Source: Nannocystis bainbridge (GTDB lineage Bacteria > Myxococcota_A > Polyangia > Nannocystales > Nannocystaceae). From it: 64,000 nt of DNA. The translations under genes and the position numbers were made by a program. The stretch covers positions 1,152,001-1,216,000 of the forward strand of contig NZ_JAQNDL010000002.1 of assembly GCF_028368995.1 (NCBI RefSeq). The letters run 5' to 3'. Below, one piece after another: positions 46,210 to 58,800 of the stretch; the stretch's first letter is position 1; every line of letters starts with the position of its first letter. Below the pieces are notes generated by a model, which saw nothing but the letters and a program-made list of their open reading frames with translations, was not told the origin of the DNA and ran no database searches.

Positions 46210-46803
46210 TTACTTCTTGGTCTGCAGCACCTTGTCGATGACGTGGACCAGGCCGTTGCTGGCGGGCAGGTTGACCTCGATCAGCTTGGCGCCGTCGACC
46301 GTCATCTCCGCGTCCTGGGTCTGCTTGATCGGCAGCTCGGGGCCAGCGGCGGTCGGCGCGGTGCGGTAGTTGCCGATCTTGGCGGTGTCGTTGATGCCCG
46401 GGATGAAGTGGTACTTGAGCGCCTTCTGCAGCTGCTCTTTGTTCTTCTTCCACTTGTCGAGGGTGCCCTTGGGCAGCTTGGCGAACGCCTCGTCGGTGGG
46501 GACCAGGATGGTGAGGCTGACGTCGGCGCTGGCGAGCTCCTTGTCGAGCTCGGCGGCGACGATCAGCTCGTGGAAGGTCTTGCCGTTCTCGAGGCCGGCG
46601 ACGACGGTGGCGAGGTCCTTGGCGGCGGGGGCCGGCTCGGGCGTGGGCTCGGGCTCGGGCGTGGCGACCTCGGGCTCGGGGTCCGGCGCGGGGGCGGGGG
46701 CAGGAGTCGGCTCGGGCGCCTCGGAGGCCGAGTCCTTCTTGCAGCCGACATTCGTGCTCGCGCTCGCGACGAGCAGGGACAGTGCGATGAGTCTCAGGTT
46801 CAT
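46210..46803 (-). CDS. Fasciclin (FAS1) domain lipoprotein
   Basis: Lipobox-like NVGC, Pro-rich linker, TILVPTDEAFAKL, LKYH, ASNGLVHVIDKVL. Confidence 0.92.
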   Translation of the reverse strand: MNLRLIALSLLVASASTNVGCKKDSASEAPEPTPAPAPAPDPEPEVATPEPEPTPEPAPAAKDLATVVAGLENGKTFHELIVAAELDKELASADVSLTILVPTDEAFAKLPKGTLDKWKKNKEQLQKALKYHFIPGINDTAKIGNYRTAPTAAGPELPIKQTQDAEMTVDGAKLIEVNLPASNGLVHVIDKVLQTKK

Positions 46804-46911
46804 GGCTTCAGGCCTCCGGGGCTGACGGTAGCCCGGTGAGCGGCTCCGCGGCAACTTTTATCGGCGACGCCAGCTTGACGACCGCCGGCGCGATGGGCTG
46901 TGCTGTTGACG

Positions 46912-48003
46912 ATGTTTCGCTCGTTTCGCTGTACTCCCCTGGTTGTCACGGCCGTGCTCGCGGCCAGCACCGTGCTCGTGGCCTGCGGCGACGCCGGGAG
47001 CGGCTCCGGCAGCGCCACGGAGGTGAGCGGCGCCTCGATCACCGGCTCGCCGACGGGCGTCGCTTCGACCGATGCGAGCACGGCGGGCAGTGATTCGGAC
47101 GGCAGCGCGAGCGACAGCACCGACGGGCAGACCGGGTCGTCGGGGGCGGCGAGCACCACGACGCCGGAGCCGACCACGGGGGTGGCTTCGACCTCGACGA
47201 CGGAGGCGACGACGGAGCCGGCGACGTCGAGCACGACTTCGCCGTTCACCACCGGCGAGACCACGGACACCGGCTGGTGGGAGACGACCAGCGGCGACGA
47301 CTGCAAGCTCAACATCGACATCGTGTTCGTGATGGACGTGTCGACCTCGATGTCGGCGATCCTGCAGAAGCTCGCGCAGGAGATCCTGGTGGTCGACCAG
47401 GCGATCGCGGCGCTCGACGTCGAGACCCAGCCGAACTACGGCCTGGTGGTGTTCGTCGACGACGCGACGATCATCAACGCCGGCATGCCGTACGCCGACG
47501 CGAACGCGCTGCAGGCCGACTTCATCGAGTGGAGCACGTTCACCCAGAGCAACTCGCAGACCAGCGGCAACGGCTCCAATGGCGACTGGCCGGAGAACAC
47601 GCTCGACGGGCTGTACCTCGGCGCCTACGCGTTCCAGTGGCGGCCGACGGAGTCGACGCTGCGGATGATCATCCACACCACCGACGACACGTTCGGGGAC
47701 AAGGGCGCCAACCAGAGCGGCGAGATTGTCCAGCACAGCTACGACGAGACGGTGCTCGGCCTGCAGGAGCGCGAGATCCGCGTGTTCAGCTTCGTCGACA
47801 ACGACATGACCGGCGGACCGGGCAACAACCAAGACGTCAGCATGGGCTTTTTCACCCCCTACCAGGGGAAGACCCCGATCCCGCAGGCGACCGACGGCGG
47901 CGCGTTCAACATCAACGACGTGTACGGCGGTCAGCTCAGCCTGTCGGCGGCGATCAACCAGTCGGTCGAAGACAGCCTGTGCAGTCAGTACATCCCGATG
48001 TGA
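46912..48003 (+). CDS. vWA-domain lipoprotein with a Ser/Thr-rich stalk
   Basis: Lipobox LVAC; IDIVFVMDVSTSM (MIDAS DxSxS), PENTLDGL, IIHTTDD. Confidence 0.8.
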   Translation: MFRSFRCTPLVVTAVLAASTVLVACGDAGSGSGSATEVSGASITGSPTGVASTDASTAGSDSDGSASDSTDGQTGSSGAASTTTPEPTTGVASTSTTEATTEPATSSTTSPFTTGETTDTGWWETTSGDDCKLNIDIVFVMDVSTSMSAILQKLAQEILVVDQAIAALDVETQPNYGLVVFVDDATIINAGMPYADANALQADFIEWSTFTQSNSQTSGNGSNGDWPENTLDGLYLGAYAFQWRPTESTLRMIIHTTDDTFGDKGANQSGEIVQHSYDETVLGLQEREIRVFSFVDNDMTGGPGNNQDVSMGFFTPYQGKTPIPQATDGGAFNINDVYGGQLSLSAAINQSVEDSLCSQYIPM

Positions 48004-48025
48004 GCCCGTGCTATAAGCGCGGGCG

Positions 48026-48427
48026 ATGACGGACGCGGCGATCGCCACTCACCCGCGGATCGATCCAAGCCTGTGCGGCGCGCCGGTCTCGGTCGCGCCC
48101 GGGCGCGCCGAGGTGCGGCTGGTGGCGACGCCGGTGATGGCGGTCGACGACCTCGGTCTGTGCCACGGCGGCTTCGTGTTCGGCGCCGCCGACTACGCGG
48201 CGATGCTGGCGGTCAACGACCCCAACGTCGTGCTCGGCGCGGCGACGGTCAAGTTCCTGAAGCCGGTGCGGGTCGGCGACGCCGTGCTGGCCCGTGCGAC
48301 ATGTCCGAACGAACATGGCCGAAAGCGCATGATCGCGGTCGAGGTCGTGCGCGAGGCGGGCGGCGAGGTCGTGTTCACCGGCGAGTTCGCGTGCTTCGTC
48401 CTCGACAAGCACGTGCTGGCCGGCTGA
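48026..48427 (+). CDS. PaaI-type hot-dog fold thioesterase
   Basis: [30 protein letters not shown]. Confidence 0.88.
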   Translation: MTDAAIATHPRIDPSLCGAPVSVAPGRAEVRLVATPVMAVDDLGLCHGGFVFGAADYAAMLAVNDPNVVLGAATVKFLKPVRVGDAVLARATCPNEHGRKRMIAVEVVREAGGEVVFTGEFACFVLDKHVLAG

Positions 48428-48473
48428 GCTTTCGGTGACGAGACGGACGCAATTTCGACTGGAGAAGGAGCCG

Positions 48474-50231
<1,758 letters not shown>

Positions 50232-50360
50232 AGCCCGCCGGGGCTCGCGCATGACAAACGCTTCATCCTTCGTGAGACGCCCGCAGGCCCGCTGACTCGG
50301 CCTGCGGCGTCCTGCGAGCGGGGCTTGCTGCGCGCCGGAACCTGCGGAAGAGTTCCTCTC

Positions 50361-52967
50361 ATGCTCGTCCGCCTCGCCCCTGGGACCCGCGCACTGCTCG
50401 TCTCGTCGCTCGTCGCCTGCAACCCCGCGGATTCGGGGCCGCCGGCCGACACCGAAGACACCGGCGATACCGGCTTCATGGGCGATCCGGAGGTGTTCTC
50501 GGAGCTGTCGGCGCCGGTCGACATCCACATCGACGCGCGCGGCGTGCCGCACATCTACGGCGAGACCGACGCCGACGTGTTCTTCGCTTCGGGCTACCAG
50601 GTCGCGGTCGATCGTCTGTTCCAGATGGACCTGATGCGGCGCCGCGCGTACGGGCGCGGGGCAGAGGTGCTGGGCGCGGCCAAGATCGACGAGGACCGGA
50701 TCTCGCGGCTTTTCGATTTCCCGCGCTGGGGCCGGCTCGACGCCGAGCGACTCAAGCAGGAGAGCCCCGGCGAGTACCACCTGTTCACCGCGTGGACGGC
50801 CGGGGTCAATCGCCGCATCGAGGAGGTCAACTCGGGCGCGGCGCCGCTGCCGTACGGGTTCGGCAAGGCCGAGCTGAACTACGCGCCCGAGCCGTGGGAC
50901 CCGGTCGACGCGGTGGTGATCGGCAAGATGATCAGCTTCGGCAACTCGAACGTGCTCGAGTACGAGTTCCTGGCCACGGTGGTCAGCCGCTTCGTGCCGC
51001 AGGTGCTCGAGGTCGTGCAGCTGCCGCGGCCCGGCTGGGAGGCCTACACCGTGCCGCCGGAGGATCGTCCGGCGGCCGGCGCGGCCCCGGCACCGGGTCC
51101 CGAGTCGAACAAGTCTTCGGGACATGTCTCAAAGAACAGGTCCAAAGAGCCAGCCCGCGAATTCCCGCCGGACACCGCCGCCTCGCTGCGCCGGCTGCAC
51201 TCCGCGCTGTCGGGCTTCCGCGTGGTCGGCAGCAACAACTGGGCGGTCGACGGGCGCTTCACCGCCAGCGGCAAGCCGCTGATCGCCAACGATCCGCACC
51301 AGCCGCTGCAGAGCCCCGCGGTGATGTACGCCTTGCACCTCAACAGCGCCGACGCCGGCGGCCTGTTCGACGTCGCCGGCTTCGGGTTCGCCGGCCTGCC
51401 CGGGGTGCAGCTCGGCCACAACCGCAAGATCCACTGGGCGGCGACCACCGGCTTCGCCGACTGCATGGACCTCTATGCTGTCACGCTGGCGCCCGACCAG
51501 GCCACGATCGCCATCGGCGGCGCGACGGCGCCGGTGGTCTGGCGCGACGAGGTGATCAAGGTCGCAGGCATGGGCGACCGCAGCTTCCGCGTCGGCGACG
51601 TCGAGGGCCACGGGGTGCTCGTCGGCGACGCGCTGCCGCTCGATCCGCTGCTCGCGGTCGACCCGGCGCGGCGGCTGCTGATCAACTGGACCGGCTTCCG
51701 CGCGACCAATGAGGCGCGCGCGTTCCTGCGGATGGGCAAGGCGCAGTCGATCGACGAGTGGGAGCGGGCGGTCGACATGATCGAGGTCGGCACCTTCAAC
51801 TGGATGGCCGCCGACGCCACCGGCATCACCTATCACCTCAACACCCACGTGCCCGATCGCGGCGCGCCGGCGGGGCGGCCGATGCCGATCCGCGTGGTCG
51901 ACGGCGACGACCCGGCCTACGTGTGGAGCGGCAAGTTCTTGCCGGCCGAGCAGCTGCCGCGCAGCCGCGCGCCGCAGACCGGCTTCATCGTCACCGCCAA
52001 CAACGACCCGTGGGGCTTCACCGCCGACGGCGACCTCAGCAACGACCCCTGGTACTACGGCGCCTTCTACGACCCGGGCTACCGCGCGGGGCGGGTCGAG
52101 CAGCGGCTGCAAGCGCTGACGCAGGCCGGCAAGGTCACGGTCGCCGACATGCAGTCGATCCAGTCCGACACCCACAGCCTGGTCGCCGACAAGATGCTGC
52201 CGGTGCTCGCCGAGGTGTACGCCAAGGTCGCGACCGACGACACGCTGCTGAAGTACCGCGGGCGCAAAGACCTCGAGGTGCTGCACGACCTGCTGACGAA
52301 GCAGTGGAACCGGCGCATGGATCGCCAGGAGTCGGGCGCGCTGGCGTTCCACGCGTTCGCGCATTTCCTGGTCCAGCGGATCTTCGAGGACGACCTCGCC
52401 CTGGTGTTCGGCGCGATCATGGACGCGTCGCCGGTGTACGCGCTCAAGTTCGCCGCGCTGGCGGCCACCGGCATGTATCCCAACGCCAACGAGTTGATGC
52501 AGGAGGGCCGCGATTTCCTGGTGATGGAGGCGCTGGTCGACGCCTCCGACTGGCTGGTCGCCGAGTTCGGCTCGGTCGCGCCGCACCGCTATCGCTGGGG
52601 CGACCGCCACGGCACCGGCTTCCGCAACGCCTACGGCGGTGAGCTCGACGGCGGCTGGCACCCGACCGACGGCGGCGAGGACACCGTCAACGTCTCGGGC
52701 AGCTCGTTCTTCGAGTCCGACTCGACCGACGTGCGCGAGCGCTTCGAGTCGAACGACGGCGCGGTCTTCCGTGTCATCACCGGCTTCGACGGCGAGGGGG
52801 TGCCGCAGGCGGTCGTCAACTTCCCGCCGGGCAACAGCGCCGATCCGTCCAGCCCGCACTTCGCCGACACGCTCTCGGACTGGATCGAGGATCGTTACCA
52901 TCACTACCCGTTCCGCCGGCACGAGGTCGACGCCGTGACGCAGGAGACGGTCACGCTCGAGCCGTGA
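50361..52967 (+). CDS. Penicillin acylase / AHL acylase family Ntn hydrolase, lipoprotein
   Basis: Lipobox LVAC, DARGVPHIY, DRLFQMDL, G-SNNW nucleophile, LIANDPH, TANN, PPGNS. Confidence 0.92.
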   Translation: MLVRLAPGTRALLVSSLVACNPADSGPPADTEDTGDTGFMGDPEVFSELSAPVDIHIDARGVPHIYGETDADVFFASGYQVAVDRLFQMDLMRRRAYGRGAEVLGAAKIDEDRISRLFDFPRWGRLDAERLKQESPGEYHLFTAWTAGVNRRIEEVNSGAAPLPYGFGKAELNYAPEPWDPVDAVVIGKMISFGNSNVLEYEFLATVVSRFVPQVLEVVQLPRPGWEAYTVPPEDRPAAGAAPAPGPESNKSSGHVSKNRSKEPAREFPPDTAASLRRLHSALSGFRVVGSNNWAVDGRFTASGKPLIANDPHQPLQSPAVMYALHLNSADAGGLFDVAGFGFAGLPGVQLGHNRKIHWAATTGFADCMDLYAVTLAPDQATIAIGGATAPVVWRDEVIKVAGMGDRSFRVGDVEGHGVLVGDALPLDPLLAVDPARRLLINWTGFRATNEARAFLRMGKAQSIDEWERAVDMIEVGTFNWMAADATGITYHLNTHVPDRGAPAGRPMPIRVVDGDDPAYVWSGKFLPAEQLPRSRAPQTGFIVTANNDPWGFTADGDLSNDPWYYGAFYDPGYRAGRVEQRLQALTQAGKVTVADMQSIQSDTHSLVADKMLPVLAEVYAKVATDDTLLKYRGRKDLEVLHDLLTKQWNRRMDRQESGALAFHAFAHFLVQRIFEDDLALVFGAIMDASPVYALKFAALAATGMYPNANELMQEGRDFLVMEALVDASDWLVAEFGSVAPHRYRWGDRHGTGFRNAYGGELDGGWHPTDGGEDTVNVSGSSFFESDSTDVRERFESNDGAVFRVITGFDGEGVPQAVVNFPPGNSADPSSPHFADTLSDWIEDRYHHYPFRRHEVDAVTQETVTLEP

Positions 52968-53136
52968 CGGAGGCGCCCGCGCCGGTCGACGCCGTCGCCC
53001 CTCGTGACGGGCGCACGCGGGCGTCATCGGGAGAGGGTCACGCGCACGCCCTGACGGTCGCTCGCGCCCGCGGGTGCGCGCCCGCGGGCGCCTCGCCGCC
53101 GACTTCGCGCGGGCGAATGCGGGTATAGTCCGGCGC

Positions 53137-54225
53137 GTGTCGTTCCCCCGGACACTCCGAATTTTCATGGCCGGTGCGCTGCTGGCCTGCGGCCCCAAGG
53201 GCCCGACCGAGACCACGCCGCCTGCCACCACCGGCGACGACGAGACCGTGCCCGAGGCGCCGCCGATCGAGCGCAGCGGCCAGCTGACGAACGCCGGGCG
53301 CCACGCCGAGGCGATCGCCGTGCTCGACGAGGCCCTGGCCAAAAAGCCAGGTGACCCCGAGCTCCACTACGCCCGCGGCGTCGCCCTGGCGCAGGCCGGT
53401 CGGGGCGACGAGGCCGTGGCCGCGTGGAAGGAGGCCGTGCGGATCGATCCGAAGTACTACCCGGCCCACAACGGCATCGGCGCCGTCGCCCTCGACGCCG
53501 GTCGCCTCGACGAGGCCGCTGTCGCCTTCGAGGCCGCGATCGCGGCCAAGCCCGACTTCGCCGACGCCCACTACAACCTCGGCCGGGCCGCCCGCGCGAA
53601 CGGGCAGAACGAGCGCGCCGCCGCGGCCCTCACCGAGGCCAACCGCCTCGCGCCCGAGGACGTCGACGTCCTCTTCCTGCTGGCCCAGGTCGACCGCGAT
53701 CTCGGCAAGCGCGACGAGGCCCTGGCTGTCGCCACCAAGGCCGCCTCGCTCGCCCCCGACGACCCCGAGGTGCGGCGCACGCTCGGCCACCTGTTGATGG
53801 AGGCCGACAAGGTCCGCGAGGCCCAGGTCGAGTTCTCGACCGCGCTGCAGAAGCGCCCGGACGACAACGACGCCAAGCTCGGGCTCGCGCGCGCCCTGGT
53901 CAAGCTGGAGCGCGCCGACGAGGCGCTGGTCCACCTCGCCGACCTGGCGGCCCGCTTGCCCGATCAGGCCGTCGTGTGGAGCGAGTGGGGCGCCGCCCTG
54001 GCCAAGCTCGGGCGCCTCGACGGCCCCGACGGCGCGCTCGCCAAGCTCGACAAGGCGCTGACGTTGAAGCCCGACCTCGCGTCGGCCCACATCCGCAAGA
54101 TCGGCGCCCTGGCCCAGGCCAAGCAGTGCAAGCCGGCCAAAGAGGCGCTCAAGAGCTTCACCGCCAAGAGCCCCAAGCCCGACGCCCTGGCCCAGGCCAA
54201 GGCCGCGCTGACCGGCTGCAAGTGA
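53137..54225 (+). CDS. TPR-repeat lipoprotein
   Basis: Lipobox LLAC; multiple TPRs (YARGVAL, HNGIG, HYNLG). Confidence 0.88.
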   Translation: MSFPRTLRIFMAGALLACGPKGPTETTPPATTGDDETVPEAPPIERSGQLTNAGRHAEAIAVLDEALAKKPGDPELHYARGVALAQAGRGDEAVAAWKEAVRIDPKYYPAHNGIGAVALDAGRLDEAAVAFEAAIAAKPDFADAHYNLGRAARANGQNERAAAALTEANRLAPEDVDVLFLLAQVDRDLGKRDEALAVATKAASLAPDDPEVRRTLGHLLMEADKVREAQVEFSTALQKRPDDNDAKLGLARALVKLERADEALVHLADLAARLPDQAVVWSEWGAALAKLGRLDGPDGALAKLDKALTLKPDLASAHIRKIGALAQAKQCKPAKEALKSFTAKSPKPDALAQAKAALTGCK

Positions 54226-54239
54226 GGCGCGGGCAGGGC

Positions 54240-54323
54240 TGCCCTTGAGGGCATGTCCGCGCGGACATGTCCGAGAGGGCATGTTCGCGCGGACATGTCT
54301 GACAGGGCATGTCCGTGCGGACA
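54240..54323. repeat. Six contiguous 14-bp elements (cleanest array in the window)
   Basis: TGCCCttgaGGGCA TGTCCgcgcGGACA TGTCCgagaGGGCA TGTTCgcgcGGACA TGTCTgacaGGGCA TGTCCgtgcGGACA. Confidence 0.95.
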
Positions 54324-54373
54324 TGACGCAAGCGCGGCGTCGCCATGCGCGAGGTCAGGCGCAGAAAGCGGCA

Positions 54374-54403
54374 CAGCCGCCTCCCCGAGGGGAAGGCGGC
54401 TGT
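54374..54403. terminator. Hairpin between convergent genes
   Basis: acagccgcct...aggcggctgt inverted repeat. Confidence 0.55.
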
Positions 54404-54426
54404 GACAGGCCGGTGTCGAGCCGGGC

Positions 54427-55401
54427 TCACTGCGGGAGGCCGCAGACGCCGACGTTCTCGAATCCGGGAGGGGCCATGCCCTCTTCGTACCAGGGGAGGC
54501 AGTCGGCGTTGGCGCCGGCGCACTCGGGGGCGCTGATGTCGCAGAACGCGAGGCAGCAGCCGAGGGCCATCGGGTCGCACTCGGTGGCGAGCTCCGGGTT
54601 GAGGCAGTAGAAGCCCGCGTCGCACGCGTTGGCGTACTCGCACGGGGTGAACTCCTGGCCCGCGTCGCCCGAGGCATCCAGCACGCAGATGAAGCTGTTG
54701 GGGTCCATCGGGTTCGGGATGCACAGGTCGGTGCCGGTGCAGTTCTGCAGAAGCGGGTCGCACATCGGCAGGCAGAGGATGAGCACGCCGTCGTTGACGA
54801 TCGTGCACGCGGTGCCGGCGACGTCGCACGACGGGGCGTCGGGCGAGCCGGAGCAGAACTTCACGCAGGTGCCCTCGCCGGTGTCCGGGTCGGTGTTCCA
54901 GCACATGTGGGCCAGGTCGCAGCTGTCGATGCCGCTGACGCCGGTGCCCTCGACCGTGCACGGGTCACCGGTCTGGCCGGCGTTCTCCATGATCGGCGTG
55001 CACTTGAGCGACTCCCACGAGTTGTCGCCGTCGCCCGAGTAGGGCATGCACTTCTCGCCGGCCGGGCAGTCCTGAACCCACGGGTCGCACTCCTTGGTGC
55101 CGCCGCCGCCGTCGGGGGGCATGATGAAGCTGCCGTCGGTCGTGTCGGTGTCGACGCCGGTGTCGGTGCCCGGGGTGCCGGTCGTCGGGTTGGTGGTGCC
55201 GTCGGTCGCCGAGGTCGCCGGGTTGGTGGTCTCGCTGCTGTTGCCCGTCGAGGTGTCGCTCTCGGTGCCGTCACCCGAGGGGTTGTTGGTGTTGTTGGTG
55301 GTCGGGTTGGTGGCGGTCCCGGACGCGCCCCCCTTGTCGTCGCCGCAGCCGAACATCAGAGCGGTACAGAGCAGGCTAGAAACCAAGCTGAACTTCTTCA
55401 T
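54427..55401 (-). CDS. Cys-rich lipoprotein with a Thr-rich stalk
   Basis: Lipobox-like MFGC, T/N-rich linker, ECDPWVQDCPAGEKC and many further cysteines. Confidence 0.85.
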   Translation of the reverse strand: MKKFSLVSSLLCTALMFGCGDDKGGASGTATNPTTNNTNNPSGDGTESDTSTGNSSETTNPATSATDGTTNPTTGTPGTDTGVDTDTTDGSFIMPPDGGGGTKECDPWVQDCPAGEKCMPYSGDGDNSWESLKCTPIMENAGQTGDPCTVEGTGVSGIDSCDLAHMCWNTDPDTGEGTCVKFCSGSPDAPSCDVAGTACTIVNDGVLILCLPMCDPLLQNCTGTDLCIPNPMDPNSFICVLDASGDAGQEFTPCEYANACDAGFYCLNPELATECDPMALGCCLAFCDISAPECAGANADCLPWYEEGMAPPGFENVGVCGLPQ

Positions 55402-55814
55402 GGGTCCCTCGTGAGTGCGTTTTGGAGCTGTCGGCGCGCTGACTACCGTGTGAGGCGAACGCGCATGTGGGGTTTGGCGGTTGAGGTCGCTTTGGCGAAA
55501 GTCCGTACCCGCCGAACCTCATGTCCTTGGCCGCCAGCATGGCATAGCCTACGGAACAGGCGCAACTGGCTAATTGGCTTCGCAGGCCTGCGTGTGACCG
55601 GGTCTTGCTCACTCCGTCACACGTTTCCCCCAGGGGATTTGCCGGGTGACCGGGGTTGTTTCAGGCGTCGCGGCGCCCCCGGCGAGGGGCGCGAACGTCG
55701 ATCGGACGCGGGCAGGGACGCGCCGGACGGCCGCCGGACACGACAAAGGCCCGGCGGTCGAGCCGCCGGGCCGCTGATTTTCCCGGAGATCACTCTCCTG
55801 GGGGGTCCGCGCGC

Positions 55815-58800
55815 TTACTTGCGGAGGTCCACGCCCGGGAGCTGACGCCGCAGGTGGTCGTCGAAGAGGACGATGCCGGGGATCGTGACGCCGCCCTCGA
55901 GCATCGCCGCGCCCTGGCGGCGGATGTTGTCGAGGCCCAGACGGCCGATCATGCCCGCCACGTCGTCGCCATCGACCGCCTGCACCAGGCGCCCGAGGTG
56001 GCCGTGGAGCTGCCGCGACAGCGCCTTGGCGGCCGGGCCGTCCCACGGCGACTGGTAGACCATGCGCGCCAGCGCGTCCTGGAGGGCGCGTAGGTGCATG
56101 TCGGACGCGACCTGCAAGCGCAACCGGAGCACGTCGAGCGGATCACGGCCAGTTTCGGCGGCCACCCGCAGCGACGCCAGCGCCCCGGTGAGGTGCTCGA
56201 TGCGCGCCAGACGCCCGGCCAGCGCCGGCGCGAATCCTGCCGACTCGAACTCGTGCGCGCGCGCGTGGAGCTGCGGGATCTGGCTGGCGGGCAGGGCGTG
56301 CTCGACGTGATCGAGCAGCTCGCGGGCGCGATCGATGGTCCGCTGGTCGACCGTTGCGTAGCTGTCGGTCTCGAGCAGGACCACGGTGGTCTCCTCGAGC
56401 GCGGCCTCGACCACGTGCATGGCCCGGTAGATGGCCTCCTGGCGGTTCTTGTCCTCGCTGGCGTAGAGGTCGCGGCGCAGCGCGTCGACATCGCCGGCGG
56501 CCGAGGCGGTCATGTAGGCCTCGGCGATCGCGTGCGCGGGTCGGCCGGTGCTGGTCATGAGCTCGGGGAAGAAGGTCGCGCCGGCGTTGTCGACGATGCG
56601 GTTGACGACCATCGTCGTGGCGATCTCGCGGCGCAGCAGGTGGCTCTTCACCGCGCCCTCGGCGGCCTCGACGATCGCGGCCGGGAAGTACTCGCGGACC
56701 ATACGGTCGACGAGGGCCTCGGACAGCGGCTCGGCGTCGAGGAGCACGCGGTAGACCAGCATCTTGGCGTAGGCGCACAGCGCCGAGGCGTCGGCCTTGA
56801 ACAGGCCGATGCCCTTGCGCGCGCGGTTGGCCAGCTCGTCCTCGGTCGGCAGGGCGAAGGTGTCCGGGTTGAACGGCACGTGCTGCACGAGGTACGACAG
56901 CGTGCGGGCGTAGCGGTAGACGTCGACCTTCGAGCGGCGGACGTCGTAGCTGACCATGCGGCTCTGCGAGCGGTTGTTGGCCAGCACCATGTCGCACACC
57001 TCGGTGGCGGCGGCCTTGAGGACCTCGTTGCGGCGCTCGCGGGTGACCTTGCCGCTCGCCAGCAGCGGCGCGAACAGGATCTTGATGTTGACCTCGTGGT
57101 CCGAGGTGTCGACGCCGCCGGAGTTGTCGAGGAACGAGGTGTAGTTCTGGCCGCCGATGCGGGCGAAGGCCGGGCGACCGCGATCGGTGACCGCCAGGTT
57201 GGCGCCCTCGGACATGACGCGGAAGCGCAGCTGGCTGGCGTTGACCCGCACGGCGTCGTTGGCCTTGTCACCGACGTCGGCGTGGGTCTCGTCCTTGCTC
57301 TTCACGTAGGTGCCGATGCCGCCCATCCAGCACAGGTCGACCTTGAGCAGCAGGATGGCGCGGATGGCCTCCTCGCCCGAGACGACCTGCGTCGGCGAGA
57401 AGCCGAGCAGGCTGCGCGCCTCCGGCGAGAGGTCGAGCGACTTGGCGTTGCGCGGGAACACGGCGCCGCCGGGGCTTAGCTTGCTGGCGTCGTAGTCGGA
57501 CCACTGCGAGCGCGGCAGCTCGAACAGCCGCGCGCGCTCGAGGTAGCTGACCTCGGGATCGGGCGTCGGGTCGATGAAGACGTGGGCGTGGTTGAAGGCG
57601 GCCAGCAGCTTGATGGTGCGGCTGCGCAGGAGGCCGTTGCCGAACACGTCGCCGCTCATGTCGCCGACGCCGATCGCGGTGATGACGTCGGCCTCGGGGT
57701 CGATGCCCATCTCGCGGAAGTTGCGCTTGGTGGTCTCCCACGCGCCGCGGGCGGTGATGCCGGTGGCCTTGTGGTCGTAGCCGTTCGAGCCGCCCGACGC
57801 GAACGCGTCGTCGAGCCAGAACTTGTGGCTCATGCTGACGCTGTTGGCGGTGTCCGAGAGGTGCGCGGTGCCCTTGTCGGCGGCGACCACGAGGTACGGA
57901 TCGGGGCCCTCGGTGTGGAGGATGCCGGGCGGGGTGACGATCTCGCCGTCGACGACGTTGTCGGTGACCGACAGCAGCGCCTCGACGAAGATCTGGTAGT
58001 AGCGGTCGCCGGCGGCGCGCAGCTCGTTGCGGTCGGTCGGGGCCTGGCGCAGCACGAAGCCGCCCTTGGCGCCGACCGGCACGATCAGCACGTTCTTGAC
58101 CATCTGCGTGGCCATGAGGCCGTGGATCTCGGTGCGGAAATCGTCCGGCCGATCGGAGAAGCGGATGCCGCCGCGGGCGACGCGGCCGCCGCGGAGGTGC
58201 ACGCCCTCGAAGTCGGGGTGGTAGATGAAGATCTCGCGCAGCGGCTTGGGATCGGGGCCGAACGGGACGCGCTGGCCGTCGAACTTGAAGGCCATCGCCG
58301 GGGTCTGATCGCGGCGCGAGCCTTCGGGGGTGGTGATGACGAACGCGTTGGTGCGCAGGGTGGCGCGGACGACGTCGGCGACGGCCCGCAGCACGCGGTC
58401 GGCGGTGTAGTCGGCGACGTCGCGCAGCTCGGCCTCGAGGGTCTTGTCGGTGACCTCGGCCAGCTGGGCGCTGGCGCTGGTCGGGTCGTAGCGGGCGTCG
58501 AGCCACGAGACCAGCGCCGAGGCGACGGTCGGGTAGGCGATCAGCGTCTGCCGGATCAGCGCCGAGGTGAACGGGCAGCGGACCTGGTGGAGGTAGGCGA
58601 CGTAGGCGCGCAGGATCTCGACCTCGAGCGCCGTCATCGTCGTGGCGACGATGAGCTGGTTGAGCGAGTCACGGCCCATCGTGCCGGCGTAGACCTGGCG
58701 CAGGGTGGTGCGGATCTCGTCGGCCCGGCTCATGACCGCGGGGATCCGCTCGGGGCGGACGTCGAGGCGGTAGTTGTCGAGCTCGAACGGGGTCGTGTGC

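Noticed and set aside
54249-54328. Array junctions read RRRCATGYYY, identical to the p53 half-site
   Set aside because: Isolated sites show the unit is TGTCC-N4-GGACA. The decamer arises only when two units abut, and the context is bacterial, so I treat it as coincidence.
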